In this document: piece by piece, positions 1-10,728 of the stretch
Numbering within the stretch: the first letter of the stretch is position 1
Layout: the number at the start of each line of letters is the position of its first letter
NCBI GenBank assembly: GCA_030704615.1
Contig: CM060734.1
Location: forward strand, 3,782,001 to 3,846,000
Direction of reading: 5' to 3'
Length of the DNA: 64,000 nucleotides
Origin: Takakia lepidozioides
Lineage: Eukaryota; Plantae; Bryophyta
The notes under the pieces: model-generated
Told to the model about the DNA's origin: nothing
What the model saw: only the letters and a program-made list of their open reading frames with translations
Database searches by the model: none
Program-made: the position numbers and the translations under genes

Positions 1-720
1 CTGCCAAAGGCGAACGGTCATCGTGTCTCACACGTTGAGACTGTCTCCCTGTGTCCAAAATGCTAACCACTGTGAGGTGTGCTGGCAGCTGCACCCCATC
101 AAATGCACGCTTGAGCAGTGCGGGTGGCATCAAGTTAGTCCTACCATAGCCGTGGACGATGAGCCCGTGACCCCACTACAGCTGCATCCAACAACACTGA
201 TGACCCAAGCCACGATCAGACTTGATACACACTGGCCATCACCCTGGCCCGAGAATCACCTATCGGTGGCACATTCTCCAAGATGTATGCTGGAGATACA
301 GCTTGATGAAGTTGCAAGTGGCGCAAAACCCGCACCATCTCCCAAAACAGACCCGTCCTTGAGTCTCGCAATCCATTGCCATGCCCGGCTGATGAATGCC
401 CTTGGCAGGGGCAACCTGCCACTACCAAATCAATGGAGCCAACCTGCTCCAAATCCTGTGCCCCCAACAACGAAATGTCTGCTGGCAAGGCTTGTTGGTA
501 TCCATGAACTGCAGACACTGACAACAAATCAGGGTACTGCTGTACCAACTAAGCAACATGGCGTAGTGAGATGCGTCGTGCAGTCTCATCCCTCTCCACA
601 TACAGGTAACGTCGAATTTGTACACCTGCCTGCAACACTACAGCCAATCCAGTGCTGATCCCGCCAAACAAGTCCAGAAGGTATATGCCTTCATCCGGGC
701 ACTGCCACACAAGAGGTGTG
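1..720 (-). pseudogene. C5 cytosine methyltransferase domain of gypsy copy 1 (disrupted)
   Basis: Motifs LLDLFGGISTG (I), YVERD (II), DLVVAGCPCQGHS (IV) and YILENV (VI). In-frame stops at 549 and 216 and a 1-nt insertion near 133. Confidence 0.9.
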
Positions 721-2256
721 GTATCCAATGGCGACAACTGAGGTGGTCCTGGTGCAATCACCGCACTCTCTTCTTCTTCTGACGGTATGAAGGCCTCTAT
801 CCAGGCTTGTTGCACCTGTCCATCAACAGCCTGCTGCAAATCCTTGCTCGTACCCCACAATGGAGTGTGAGCAACCATGGCAAGCAACTGCGCCGTACCA
901 TGCATGTCATCCTGCTCTGCTGAAGATGGCACATCCTCTGCATGGGCATTGCCTTCCAGCAACTCTCCAGGCCAACTAACCGCAGCTGTAAAGACGGCTA
1001 GTGTTGGCATCTTGCCCCGCTGGGCAGCCGCAGTACCCCCAATGAATGTCACAGGGAGCTGTGTATGACGACCATCCCTTGACTGTCATCCAGGCCTGTA
1101 GGATGCTGACTCCTCCCAAAAGTCCAGGGTGAAGCCCATGGGATATAATACTGCCCCACCAACGAGGACATCGTAAGAGACCGCGTCTGTCACAATGGCC
1201 TTGGCTCGCATCACTTAGCCATCTATAGGATAATCCAGCTGCAGTCTAATGGCCAACTCACGCCGTGTCATGCCCCGAGCCTGCTCTGATCCTCCCAGAG
1301 ATGTCTGTATCTGGAAAGGACAAGGCTCCATATCCGCCTCCATGAGGCCCAAACCTGCAATAGCAGCTCTGCCCAACATCAGTGGCTAAGCTCCCGAGTC
1401 CAACAAGACCCGCAGTGGCCGGTACTTCTTGCCTGCCGGTCCACTCAAAGAGAAAATGCCATCCTGGTTGTCTAACAAGACAACTCCAAGTGTCATCATG
1501 GCGCGCTCAAAGGCTGGCCTAGCTGATAGCTCCGTCAACCTGGTAGCTGCAGCTTGCCATGGCGCAGCCGTGGCAGTCTTGACCCTCAAATCCGAGGATC
1601 CCTCTGCCACTACACCTTCCAGTAACTCCGCAGAAGATGAAGTGACCTCCCTACTCTCACAGAGTGTTGCTGCTAGTCTGAACACTACAGCTGGTCTTAC
1701 CCCCGGCGTCGCAATCATGGTTGCCGAGAACAATGGGGCTTGACACACAGAGGTGGCTACCCCCAATAACACACCGGCTGCACTAGCCTTGGTAGCAGGT
1801 GTCAGTGATGCACGTGTAGCTCTCCCCAATGGCATAGTAACCTCCGCCTCGGTAACAGTCGGGCGATAACTAGGTGCCATGGATGGCGTCAACACTGTCT
1901 CCGCCAATGTGAATGACTGAGGAAGCCTCGCCTGACGGCTTGCCTCCCCACGTTGTGGATCCAATTCCACCTCTGCACCTCGTGACTCAGGAACTCGTGC
2001 TGCTCCTCGAGTCACGTCTGCAGCAGACTCCACCTGCTCTAGTGGTAGTGATGCTCCGTACATGAATCCCATGCCTCCCATATCTCCTCCCTCAGGAGCA
2101 GGAGGTGGACCATCCCGCCTGGGAGCCGGTACCACCTGAGCTGTAGCCATGGCAGCGAGCCTCTGCTCTAGCTGCTGAAGCCGGTTGGCCATGCCTTGGT
2201 CAACACCCTGACCTCCGCGTCCTTGGCCATGTTGAGGTTTGCCCTTGGGCTGCACC

Positions 2257-3626
2257 TCATGCCCGGCCACCTCGTCCTCTCTGGGCTGGTCCACCTTGCC
2301 CCCGGCCACCATTGTTCCCTTGGAATTGGCCTAGGCGCAACTCAGGATGCAAGTCATAACACTGGGCATCTCCATGCCCATACTTGCCACAATGCCCACA
2401 CTGCAACTGTGCAGGCTGTACTTGTGCCGGCCTTTTGCCACTCTCTGGGCAATCTTTCTTGACATGGGGTCCTCTACATGTCCAACATATCACCCCCGGT
2501 TGCTGTTGGCTTGCAAAAGATGCTACTGGCCTCTGCACCTAAGGTCCCCTATAAGCTCCATGAATTTGGGTTGGGAAACCTTGCTCCCCTGACCACGCTG
2601 TTGGGCAGTCCCTTGTGCCTGTGGGCTGGCAGCTGCGCCTCGTGTAGGCATGTCTTTGCCAAATCCAATGGTAACAACTCGCTCCTCCACCATGTTGAGC
2701 TCAATCCGCTCAGCCAGCAGAAACACATCTTCTAATGTGGGTTGGGCTGCTTGTAACAGGGTTGCATCCCGCACCCTTCTCCTGAGCTCCTTGTCCAAAA
2801 TTCCATACCAGAACTGGATTGCCTGAGCTTCAGTAACCCCTTGGGTCACACTTATTAAGCGCCTCATACGAGTGTACGCCTCTCGCAGGCTCTCACTGGG
2901 TTTGCGCTGGAAGTCTTGCAAACTTTGCAGCTTCTCTGTCCGTACACCTTGGTAGTTCCTCCGCAACTCCCGGAAGAACTCCACCACCGGGCTGAATCTA
3001 GGCACATGTGTTGTAGTCGTGGGATGATGAGTAGTAGGACCTTCTGCAGAAGTATCGGCACTACTTGTTCCACTACTAGTGCTAGCCGTGGGAGGTATTG
3101 GTGTTGATGCCGCTACTGGTCGCGTTGTTCCTCGAGTAATGGAGACGTAGTCAGGTGACCAATACATCCTCCACTCTTCAATTTCTGCTTCATGTCCTCG
3201 CCTGAACTCGTGGTAATCGTCCATAGGCGGGCCTTCCAAATGCCGGAACAATCCCTTCCACGCCATGAATGGGGTGAACAGCTGTGGATTGCACATCTGC
3301 TGCAAATCACACCAGCTGTCGAACTCCTGGATAAAGTCATCCAGCTCGATTGTGCCCACAGCTCCAGAGTACCTACGAGGCCCCTTGGTAGCTCCATACA
3401 TCTCCTCCATGTCATCCCACAACAATGGCAAAGAAAACTGCACGCTTGTTGATGAAGCCTCCGGGTCTGTGTCAGACTCTACAGTTGTTGAGGGTGGAGG
3501 TGAAGGTGGTCTGAACCGAATACTTCGTCTTGTGAACCCACTCTCACTGTTACTGTCTGTAGCCGTACTCTCCTCAAAACCCTTGGGTAACTCCGTGATG
3601 ACACTCACAATGTGCACCTCCCCCAC
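2257..3626 (-). pseudogene. Gag (capsid plus two CCHC zinc knuckles) of gypsy copy 1
   Basis: Retrotransposon Gag-like segment QRKPSESLREAYTRMRRL; knuckles CWTCRGPHVKKDC and CGHCGKYGHGDAQC; homologous to 62079-63991. Confidence 0.85.
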
Positions 3627-4152
3627 GTGACACTATAAGGCTCTAGTACTAATTCTAATAGTGACACGGGTGGGCACCTGTTGCAGTTTAAGGGTCATAT
3701 CCCAGTGGCTCAGGGCACCTGCACCTGCACCTGCATCCACCGCAAGAACTCATATGGTTGGCTGGTCATCAACCCAGTCTCACCATAGAAGAAACACTGG
3801 TGGTCTTGCTGGTCATCACTCCAGCCTCACCACCGACAACATACTCTAGGATTGACTGGTGATTAAATCTGGCCTAATCCCTATGAAAGCAAGCGCCCAC
3901 ACAAAACCAACATGGCGCACAGTCAAGCATGCAGGTGTTGGGGGGGATCCAAACACAAGAAATCAAAACATCAACACCCCCACACCAAAATCTATCTGCA
4001 ATGCTGATCCTGCAGAATATCCCAGCCCAAAACCCCGAACTGACTGGCCTCCACCAAGAGAGGCTTTGGCAACTACAAGTACAAAGTAATGAAAATAGTA
4101 AAGAGAGGGAGGGGAAGAATATAAGCCCGACCAAGCAAGATCTAATCCTGAT

Positions 4153-4902
4153 CTATGCTATCAACTGCCAGACTTCTTTGAAAGTGCCTCGCTCTGCATG
4201 ATGGTAAGGTATAGGAGGTATATCTATGTCCAGAAACCTACCACCAACCTTGTCCCAAGCTACAATAGCTCGCTGTAACCAACCCTCCTCCTCTTTCTGC
4301 CAGGTAGAGACAAAGCAATACTCCCCTATCTCCCGCTCACTGAACACTAAAGAAAATAAAGGTAGGGTCTGACAGTCTCTCAACTCGAAAGCTTTGAGAC
4401 AGTTGCGGGTGTCCTCATTGCGAATGACTGCATCTCCTTCAAGCAGAACAAACTTTTCATTGCTAATGAACCCCCGCTCGTGGTTGCCCCGTGTAGAACG
4501 TGTCCGGCTGCAACCATGTCTGATTGCACAAACTTGTGTAGCTCCTGCTCCTTTGCTCCAGTACACCACGGCCTTGTGGCTGAACACCTTGGTCCCCGGG
4601 GCTGTCTTTGGCTGTAATCCAAGCCTAGCTTTCACCCACCTTGGTATTTCACCTACAGCTGCAGAACTGCTGGTTCCAACAGAGTTCTGACTGTTCAAAG
4701 CAATATTGAGGCCCTCAACGCCAACTACAACAGTTTGTTGTCTACTGCTAATGCCTGACTCCCAGTATGCAATCAACTCGTCCAACTGCTCTCCATTCAA
4801 ATCAGTCTGAGTTCCTTGGGAAACATAAATCTTGTCCCTTTGTGTGCACAGGCTAAGAGAAGAGACCTGCCCTTCAATTACGTCCTCATTTCCCCCAGCC
4901 AT
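4153..4902 (-). CDS. Uncharacterised 249-aa ORF upstream of gag (possible accessory ORF of the element)
   Basis: Uninterrupted ATG-initiated ORF co-oriented with gag, ~530 bp upstream of it. No recognisable domain. Confidence 0.4.
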   Translation of the reverse strand: MAGGNEDVIEGQVSSLSLCTQRDKIYVSQGTQTDLNGEQLDELIAYWESGISSRQQTVVVGVEGLNIALNSQNSVGTSSSAAVGEIPRWVKARLGLQPKTAPGTKVFSHKAVVYWSKGAGATQVCAIRHGCSRTRSTRGNHERGFISNEKFVLLEGDAVIRNEDTRNCLKAFELRDCQTLPLFSLVFSEREIGEYCFVSTWQKEEEGWLQRAIVAWDKVGGRFLDIDIPPIPYHHAERGTFKEVWQLIA

Positions 4903-5574
4903 ACAAGGAGGACATCCACAGATTTGTCTCTCATGTAGACCACAACAGGTTCTAGAAACAGAATTGTGGATCTTTCATACCACACTCACACTCAAAAAAT
5001 TCCATAGATTTTTAGTAGAGTCCAAAAAACTAGATAGGTAGATTTCCCCTTTCTACAGCTATCCCCTCAAAAACTGTGTCAAACGGGGCTCATATGACAA
5101 AGATATGGCCAAAGAGGCTCTGTAAATATAATATATGGCCTTAAATAGAAACAAATACAAGAAAAAACTATTTTCATAGATAGGTAGGTCTAGATAGGTA
5201 GATTTCCCCTTTCTGTAGGTCCCTGCGCAAGTTTTGGGTCAAACGGCCTTGGTAGGCCAAAGTTATGGCCAAACAGGCTCTATCTAATTTAAATTAGATC
5301 AAAGAACGAATTTCTTTTAATTTTTCACACCCAAAACGTTCTCGCCATTAAAAACTGTTCCCACGTTTTTTGCGATTCACTGCAGGTTCCCATCACGTTC
5401 AAAATACCGTGCCCTGTGAGTGCCCGAAATGGTGGAATTGAAGTCTACCAACAGAGGTTGCTGTGCAGGGATCCTCCTTTGCAGGCACACGCTTGGCAGC
5501 TGATGCACGTCCTGCACCCCGGGTCTGCCATGCCTCTGGCGTCAGGGCTGCTCTTTCACTCTCCAGCGGCTCGC

Positions 5575-5685
5575 TCCAGAAAAGGGATGGACCCTAAGTT
5601 CTTGAGGAATCAGAGATATGCCAAGAAACATAATCGTGTGGGCGGCGACAACAGTGAAGTTGATGTTGCTGAAGAAATGGAATGA
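5575..5685 (+). pseudogene. RPL29: 60S ribosomal protein L29 C-terminal fragment (5' part missing)
   Basis: SRKGMDPKFLRNQRYAKKHN matches the conserved plant eL29 core. The N-terminal MAKSKNHT part was not seen. Confidence 0.85.
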
Positions 5686-6009
5686 GAGATGTGTAGATGG
5701 AGCAATCGATGAGTGCCCAGGTTGCAACGGGAGTCTCCTGCTTGTCTCTATGTAAGGTGGGGCACTAATGAAGGTCTACAACTACGCTTTAAAACGTTTT
5801 CGATCTGCACTCCATCAGGCTCCTTTTTGGCAATCGAGGTACTGGTTGCGGTCTATGTAGGTCAGATGTTGTCAAGAGGGCCTTTGAGCTGTTGCAAGTC
5901 TCCACTTGTGAAGGATCCTCAATGCGCTCAACTCATTCCTGATTGCGTTCTTCACCTCTTTCACGGGGATCCTACCATGTTCGAGTCCTACTGGCTGGCC
6001 CAGCCCCAG

Positions 6010-6830
6010 GCTGGGAAAATGGCGCCAAATTTCTAGTTGAGGGCCCCGAAAATGGCTAGGTCCCTGGGGTGGCTGGCACCGAATCCGGAAATTCGGCGCC
6101 ATTTTTCCATATCAAGGCAAAGTCAGCTCTGGGACTTAGCCATTTTCAGGCCCAACCTGGGAAAATGGCGCCGAATTTCCAGTGAACGGCCCCGAAAATG
6201 GCTAAGTCCCTTTAGAGGCAGGCACCGAAACAAGAAATTCGGCGCCATTTTTCCAGTTCCGGGCCCAGTGAGTTCTGGGACTTAGGCATATTCGACCCAA
6301 CCTCAGAAAATGGCGCCGGTTTTCCAGTGCAGGGCTCCAAAAATGGCTAAGTCCCTACAATGGCAGGCACCGAAACCGGAAATTCGGCGCCATTTTTCCA
6401 GTTCCGGGCTCAGTCAGTTTACGGACTTAGCCATTTTCGGGCCCAACATGGAAAAATGGCGCCGAATATCCAGTGCAGGGCCCCGAAAATGGCTAAGTCC
6501 CTACAGTGGCAGGCACTGAAACCGGAAATTCGGCGCCATTTTTCCAGTTCTGGGCCCAGTCAGTTCTGGGACTTAGCCATTTTCGGGCCCAACTAGGGAA
6601 AATGGCGCCGAATTTCCAGTGAACGGCCCCGAAAATGGCTAAGTCCCTTTAGAGGCAGGAACCGAAACAGGAAATTCGGCGCTATTTTTCCAGTTCCGGG
6701 CCCAGTGAGTTCTGGGACTTAGGCATATTCGGCCCCAACCTAGGAAAATGGCGCCGGTTTTCCAATGCAGGGCCCCTAGTGTGGCAGGCACCGAAACCGG
6801 AATTTCCAGTTCCGGGCCTAGTCATTTCCA
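6010..6830. repeat. Tandem repeat with a 146-bp unit (~5.5 copies) containing interleaved inverted motifs
   Basis: AAAATGGCGCC recurs at 6016, 6162, 6307, 6453, 6599 and 6745. Each unit holds X (AAAATGGCGCCGAATTTCC), Y (GAAAATGGCTAAGTCCC) and then their reverse complements. Confidence 0.92.
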
Positions 6831-6834
6831 TTCC

Positions 6835-7797
6835 CTAAAATTTACCTCGTTCCCGGGACCTCATTCTGTGTGTTTCTTGAATGCAGGTACTGCAAGTTCT
6901 CCCTTTTGGAGAAATGACATCTGTCCTTCGAGCCGCCATTCTTTTGCAATCCGTGCTCACAGCCGTGAAGAATTCCATCATGGATTCGAAACCAGGGGTG
7001 TCTTTAGGCTCTGTACTGGGAGCCCTCTTCTTGGCTTTCCCCTTCTGCTCCTCCACAGACTTGCTGTGTGCCACCTTCTTCGCCCTGGCAGCCAGAGCGT
7101 CAAGGAAGCTCTCATTGACACATTGAATGATGGTTGGGGGTTCTAGCTTTGGCCTCTTCGGAAACGTCACCGCCGAATACCGCCGTGTAGGCTCGCCCTC
7201 AAATGCCAACTTCTTGGCAGAGTCAGTCCCAGACCGAACTGACTTGGGAACCCGGACGACCGGTGACTTGGTAGCAGCAGCAGCAGTCGCAGGACCTTGC
7301 ACAAAGTCGTCGTCGGAGTCACTCCCTTGGGGCCCCTCCTGCGCCTCCTCTGGTGCCCCGGTGGTTTTCTGTTTTTTGGGGATTACTGTACTCCCCTGTT
7401 TCCGTGTCCTTTTCTTTTGTCCTTTATTCTTCTCATTCAATTTCTCTTGAATACCTGCCTGAGCAAGCTCTACCGCTTTCCTAGACTGGGCAAGCGCTCT
7501 CGCCTCCTTTGGACCCAGCGGAGGCAGCGGAGCCCGGTTTTGTCGAGCCTCGACATCCAGCTTCAATTGAAACTCGGATGGGTCGAGTGAGCCGGGCGGA
7601 AGGTCCACATACCAAGGATTCGGCTTGTCCCTGTCCACCGTCCACTTATCCCCAACCAAAGCGTCCTTCATTTTCCTCTCCATATTCAACTGAAAAAGAC
7701 GAAACCCCTCCCATCCATGCCGGACATAAGCACTCTCCAGCCTCATCATGTCCCTACCCCTAAAATAATCAACTACCACTTGTTTCATCCTATCCAA
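6835..7797 (-). CDS. Uncharacterised 320-aa basic/low-complexity protein, probably transposon-encoded
   Basis: Long ORF with Lys/Arg-rich NLS-like tracts (KKRTRKQ, KKQK), lying between the 146-bp array and a subterminal repeat array. Confidence 0.45.
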   Translation of the reverse strand: MDRMKQVVVDYFRGRDMMRLESAYVRHGWEGFRLFQLNMERKMKDALVGDKWTVDRDKPNPWYVDLPPGSLDPSEFQLKLDVEARQNRAPLPPLGPKEARALAQSRKAVELAQAGIQEKLNEKNKGQKKRTRKQGSTVIPKKQKTTGAPEEAQEGPQGSDSDDDFVQGPATAAAATKSPVVRVPKSVRSGTDSAKKLAFEGEPTRRYSAVTFPKRPKLEPPTIIQCVNESFLDALAARAKKVAHSKSVEEQKGKAKKRAPSTEPKDTPGFESMMEFFTAVSTDCKRMAARRTDVISPKGRTCSTCIQETHRMRSRERGKF

Positions 7798-8149
7798 GGT
7801 GTCCGGTCACAGGTAGTCTTGCCTGTTGACTTGGCTATCCCGCTCGTGGGTTTTTTTTTTCTTCCTCCGACCCCCAGACGACGACCCCGCCCCAGAACTT
7901 GAGTTCACAACCCCCGACATTGTATAAACCGCTACCCACTACAGGGGACAGAACCTAAAAAACGGTAATGGACGCATGTGGATGATATCTTCGTAGTTTA
8001 TGCAAAAACAGATCACAGGAGATCCGAAAACGGCAAAATGGTGTTAAGATGATGAAACATGTAACAAGGGTGTGGGACCGACCAATAAAAAACGGACGTA
8101 ATATTCTTAATATAAAAAAAATGTCGCTTCATTTAAAAAAAAACCCAAA

Positions 8150-8667
8150 AAAAAACGACGCGACTGCCGCATGGCGGTCCTTATATTTAAAAAAAAACCA
8201 AAAAAGGCGACCGCCTCTTGGCGGTCGCTGCATTTTTTAAAAAAATATTAAAGAAGCAACCGCCACATGGTGGTCGCTTTATTTATGAAGAAAAAGAAGC
8301 GACCGCCACTTGGCAGTCGCGTAATATTTTTTAATATACAAAAAAGAGTGATCGCTCTTGTGGCGGTCTCTTTATTTAAAAAAAAAATCCAAATTAGGGA
8401 ATATATTTTCTAAATAACAAACGCTTCATTTTAAAGAAAACAATTAGAAGCGACCGTCAATATGGGCGGTCACATGTTTTTTAAGGAATTATTAAATATT
8501 AATAATTTGCCACGTGTGTTTTACACCGTAGTTGTCATGTGATTAGAAAAGGTAGCAGTAAATCGTAAAAGTGAAATATAAAAAAATTACATGGATAAAT
8601 GTCTGGTTTCACGTCCGTCGTGACGTCTGATGTGTGAGCGCCACGTCACGTCAGGAATGATAACTAG
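8150..8667. repeat. Subterminal palindromic repeat array and end of a DNA-transposon-like element
   Basis: Repeated GCGACCGCC-N4-6-GGCGGTCGC hairpins in AT-rich spacers, as at 55380-55724. ACGTCACGTCA motifs and CTAG at 8664-8667 abut GEX2-like coding sequence. Confidence 0.7.
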
Positions 8668-9084
8668 GGTTGACACCAATGACAGGTGATCCAACGCTTA
8701 TCCCATCATGCAAGCTTCTCATAGTGGTTGTAGAAACATCAATTGCATTGCTGTAGATTTGTGGATTGCCATACATATCACATACTTCACTCTTGTCTGA
8801 ATGATTTGTCCTTCGACCACCTAATTTGTGTAATCTGGGTCCAAGCTGCTCTGCACGATCATTGTGTTTGTTGGAGAAGAGAGGTCTGGCAAAATTTTGA
8901 CAGTGAATCCACTGTTTTTGAGATCCACCAGCACCCCACCATTTGCAGATGATTGTACCCTAACATATATATTTTCGGCAAGGGTCTGAAGAGAAATGTT
9001 GAACTGGTAAGACCAACTTCCAACAATATTCTCGACGGTGAAATTGTCTTGCATCCACTCACAATTACAATAAATATAAATGAT

Positions 9085-9555
9085 GATACCATGTTGGAAT
9101 TCGACAGAGAATAGAGGTAAAAGATGAATTGATTACTGAGAACTCTCCACCCAACCATAAGACCACAACAAGATGTTTTGCCAAGTACAAAACACCCTAA
9201 AACTTTCACCAAGCACTCAAGCTTATATGTTGTAAATCAAATAGTAATTCCAAGTTTGGACCATGAAAAATAGAAATTGGCTTACGAGATACTTACGCTG
9301 GTTCACTCCTGAGCAACGACTTTTTGAGAAGTCTCATGTATGCAATGGTTTGTACTAGGCCAAATATTGCACAAGTAGTTGGGTCATAAGCCAATTTGTC
9401 GCTAACCCTGGGCAGCTCCATTGGGTTGCAGTAAAGCGGATTTTCCGTTTATCTGAGAGACACACAACTTGTTGTGGTCCTATGGTTGGATGGACAGTTC
9501 TCAGTAATCAATTCATCTTTTATCTCTATTCTCTGTTGAATTCCAACATGGTATC
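9085..9555. mobile_element. Scrambled Ty1/copia remnant: RT fragment between two inverted LTR-end/PBS junctions
   Basis: ~9330-9455 encodes SLMYAMVCTRP...NPGQLHWVAVKRIFR (copia RT C-terminus). 9085-9143 is the reverse complement of 9497-9555, and both end in CCAACA-TGGTATC (LTR end plus start of a tRNA-Met PBS). Confidence 0.75.
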
Positions 9556-10442
9556 GTCGGGATTTGGGGTAGTGATAATAAATCCATCTTTATCTGCATG
9601 GGGCTGATTTAGGAAGACGCCCAGGCTTGTAGTGTAAGATTGTAGCGTGGTAGTCAGTGGCACAAAGGTGCTCAATTCTGCTCCATTAGGGCCTACGGAG
9701 TCTGCCGGATGTCAACGGAGTCTGCAAACTCTTTTACCTTCAGGCCTGAAACGTACTTAGTCAGAGACTTATGTTGTAATACGAGGTGACGTTCAGAGGA
9801 GTGTATGTGAGAAGAGCTTTGCCGCTGCCAAGATATGCAAAGGTTGATCCATTCGCCGCCCACACTCATCAGCCATCACGGAAAGGATATTGCCTGGAAA
9901 TTCATTGAGAATGGTGCCCAGAAAATCTCTTACGCGGATATAAATGAAGGTATTCTCTCCTGCGACCCCTCCAACCTCAAGACCAGCTCCCCACATGTCA
10001 AAGTTCAAGGGTGACTCCAGGCCATACACAGATGCAGAAAATGGTCCACTCACATTGAGGAGAGGGTTGCCCGCCACCTTCAGATTCAGATACACAAATC
10101 CTGCTAAGGCGGGTGAGAATTGAATTTGGAAGAGACCTGAGGAAGCATTGAATGTGACACCTGGTGAGGTAACAGTCCTTGAAGGCGTTTCCTGAGTACG
10201 TAAATATCTGTAATATCTGTAATATCTATAATGTAATATCTATCTGTAATATTGTTGGTATGTACATCAGAAAATTGTATGAAGAAATAATCTGAATTCT
10301 GAGTAGAAAACAATGTCGTTGAGCCGAGCCTCCACATAATAAACACCACTGATCAGAATCCTGTAGGTGACATTATAGGTACCAGTCACCCTGATCCAAC
10401 ACTGCTATGGTCTGGTTGAGGCCACTTCCAGTGCCATATGTA

Positions 10443-10728
10443 TAGGGGAGGGCATTCCTCGATATAAGGGCACTGCCCTCCTGCCCCAGGGAATGCCCTT
10501 ATATCATATCGAGGAATGCCTGACACGAGGGCCCTCCCCTGCATAAAGCACGTGCAACAAAAAAAAAGGTGCAACAAAAAAGGTACGACAGTGCATTACA
10601 CCGCCCTCGCGTAACCAGTGCATTACAAATGCTTCTCGAAGAAAAAACTCAAAGTGCTTTATGTAACTTGAATAGCTGATAGCCTCATGATACAAGCGGG
10701 TGACCACTAAAATCACGAGTAAGCACTA
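10443..10728. mobile_element. Small non-coding insertion (MITE-like) in GEX2-like coding sequence
   Basis: TAG...CTA ends and an internal hairpin (GGCATTCCTCGATATAAGGGCA / TGCCCTTATATCATATCGAGGAATGCC). The reading frame stops at 10726 and GEX2-like peptide (YTYGTGSG) resumes near 10442. Confidence 0.5.

Larger units (their letters stand above)
1..5450 (-). mobile_element. Ty3/gypsy retrotransposon carrying a DNMT3-like methyltransferase, copy 1 (decayed; runs off the window start; 5' boundary uncertain)
   Basis: Collinear and highly similar to 60400-63900: Gag (2523-3626), two CCHC knuckles (2257-2538), protease LLDSGA (~1389-1406) and DNMT motifs I-VIII (~1-700). It has several stops and frameshifts. 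No copy of the 55725-56427 LTR was seen upstream. Confidence 0.9.

Noticed and set aside
23-658. Plus-strand ORFs such as 23-658 and 60649-61041, conserved between the two copies
   Set aside because: They are antisense shadows of the DNMT coding frame with no independent domain signal.
2523-2560. Both DNMT-gypsy copies change frame between capsid and zinc knuckles (here and near 62920), suggesting a programmed frameshift
   Set aside because: The conserved RGPQ peptide is in the downstream frame in copy 1 but the upstream frame in copy 2, so these are independent 1-nt deletions ~15 nt apart. No slippery heptamer was seen.
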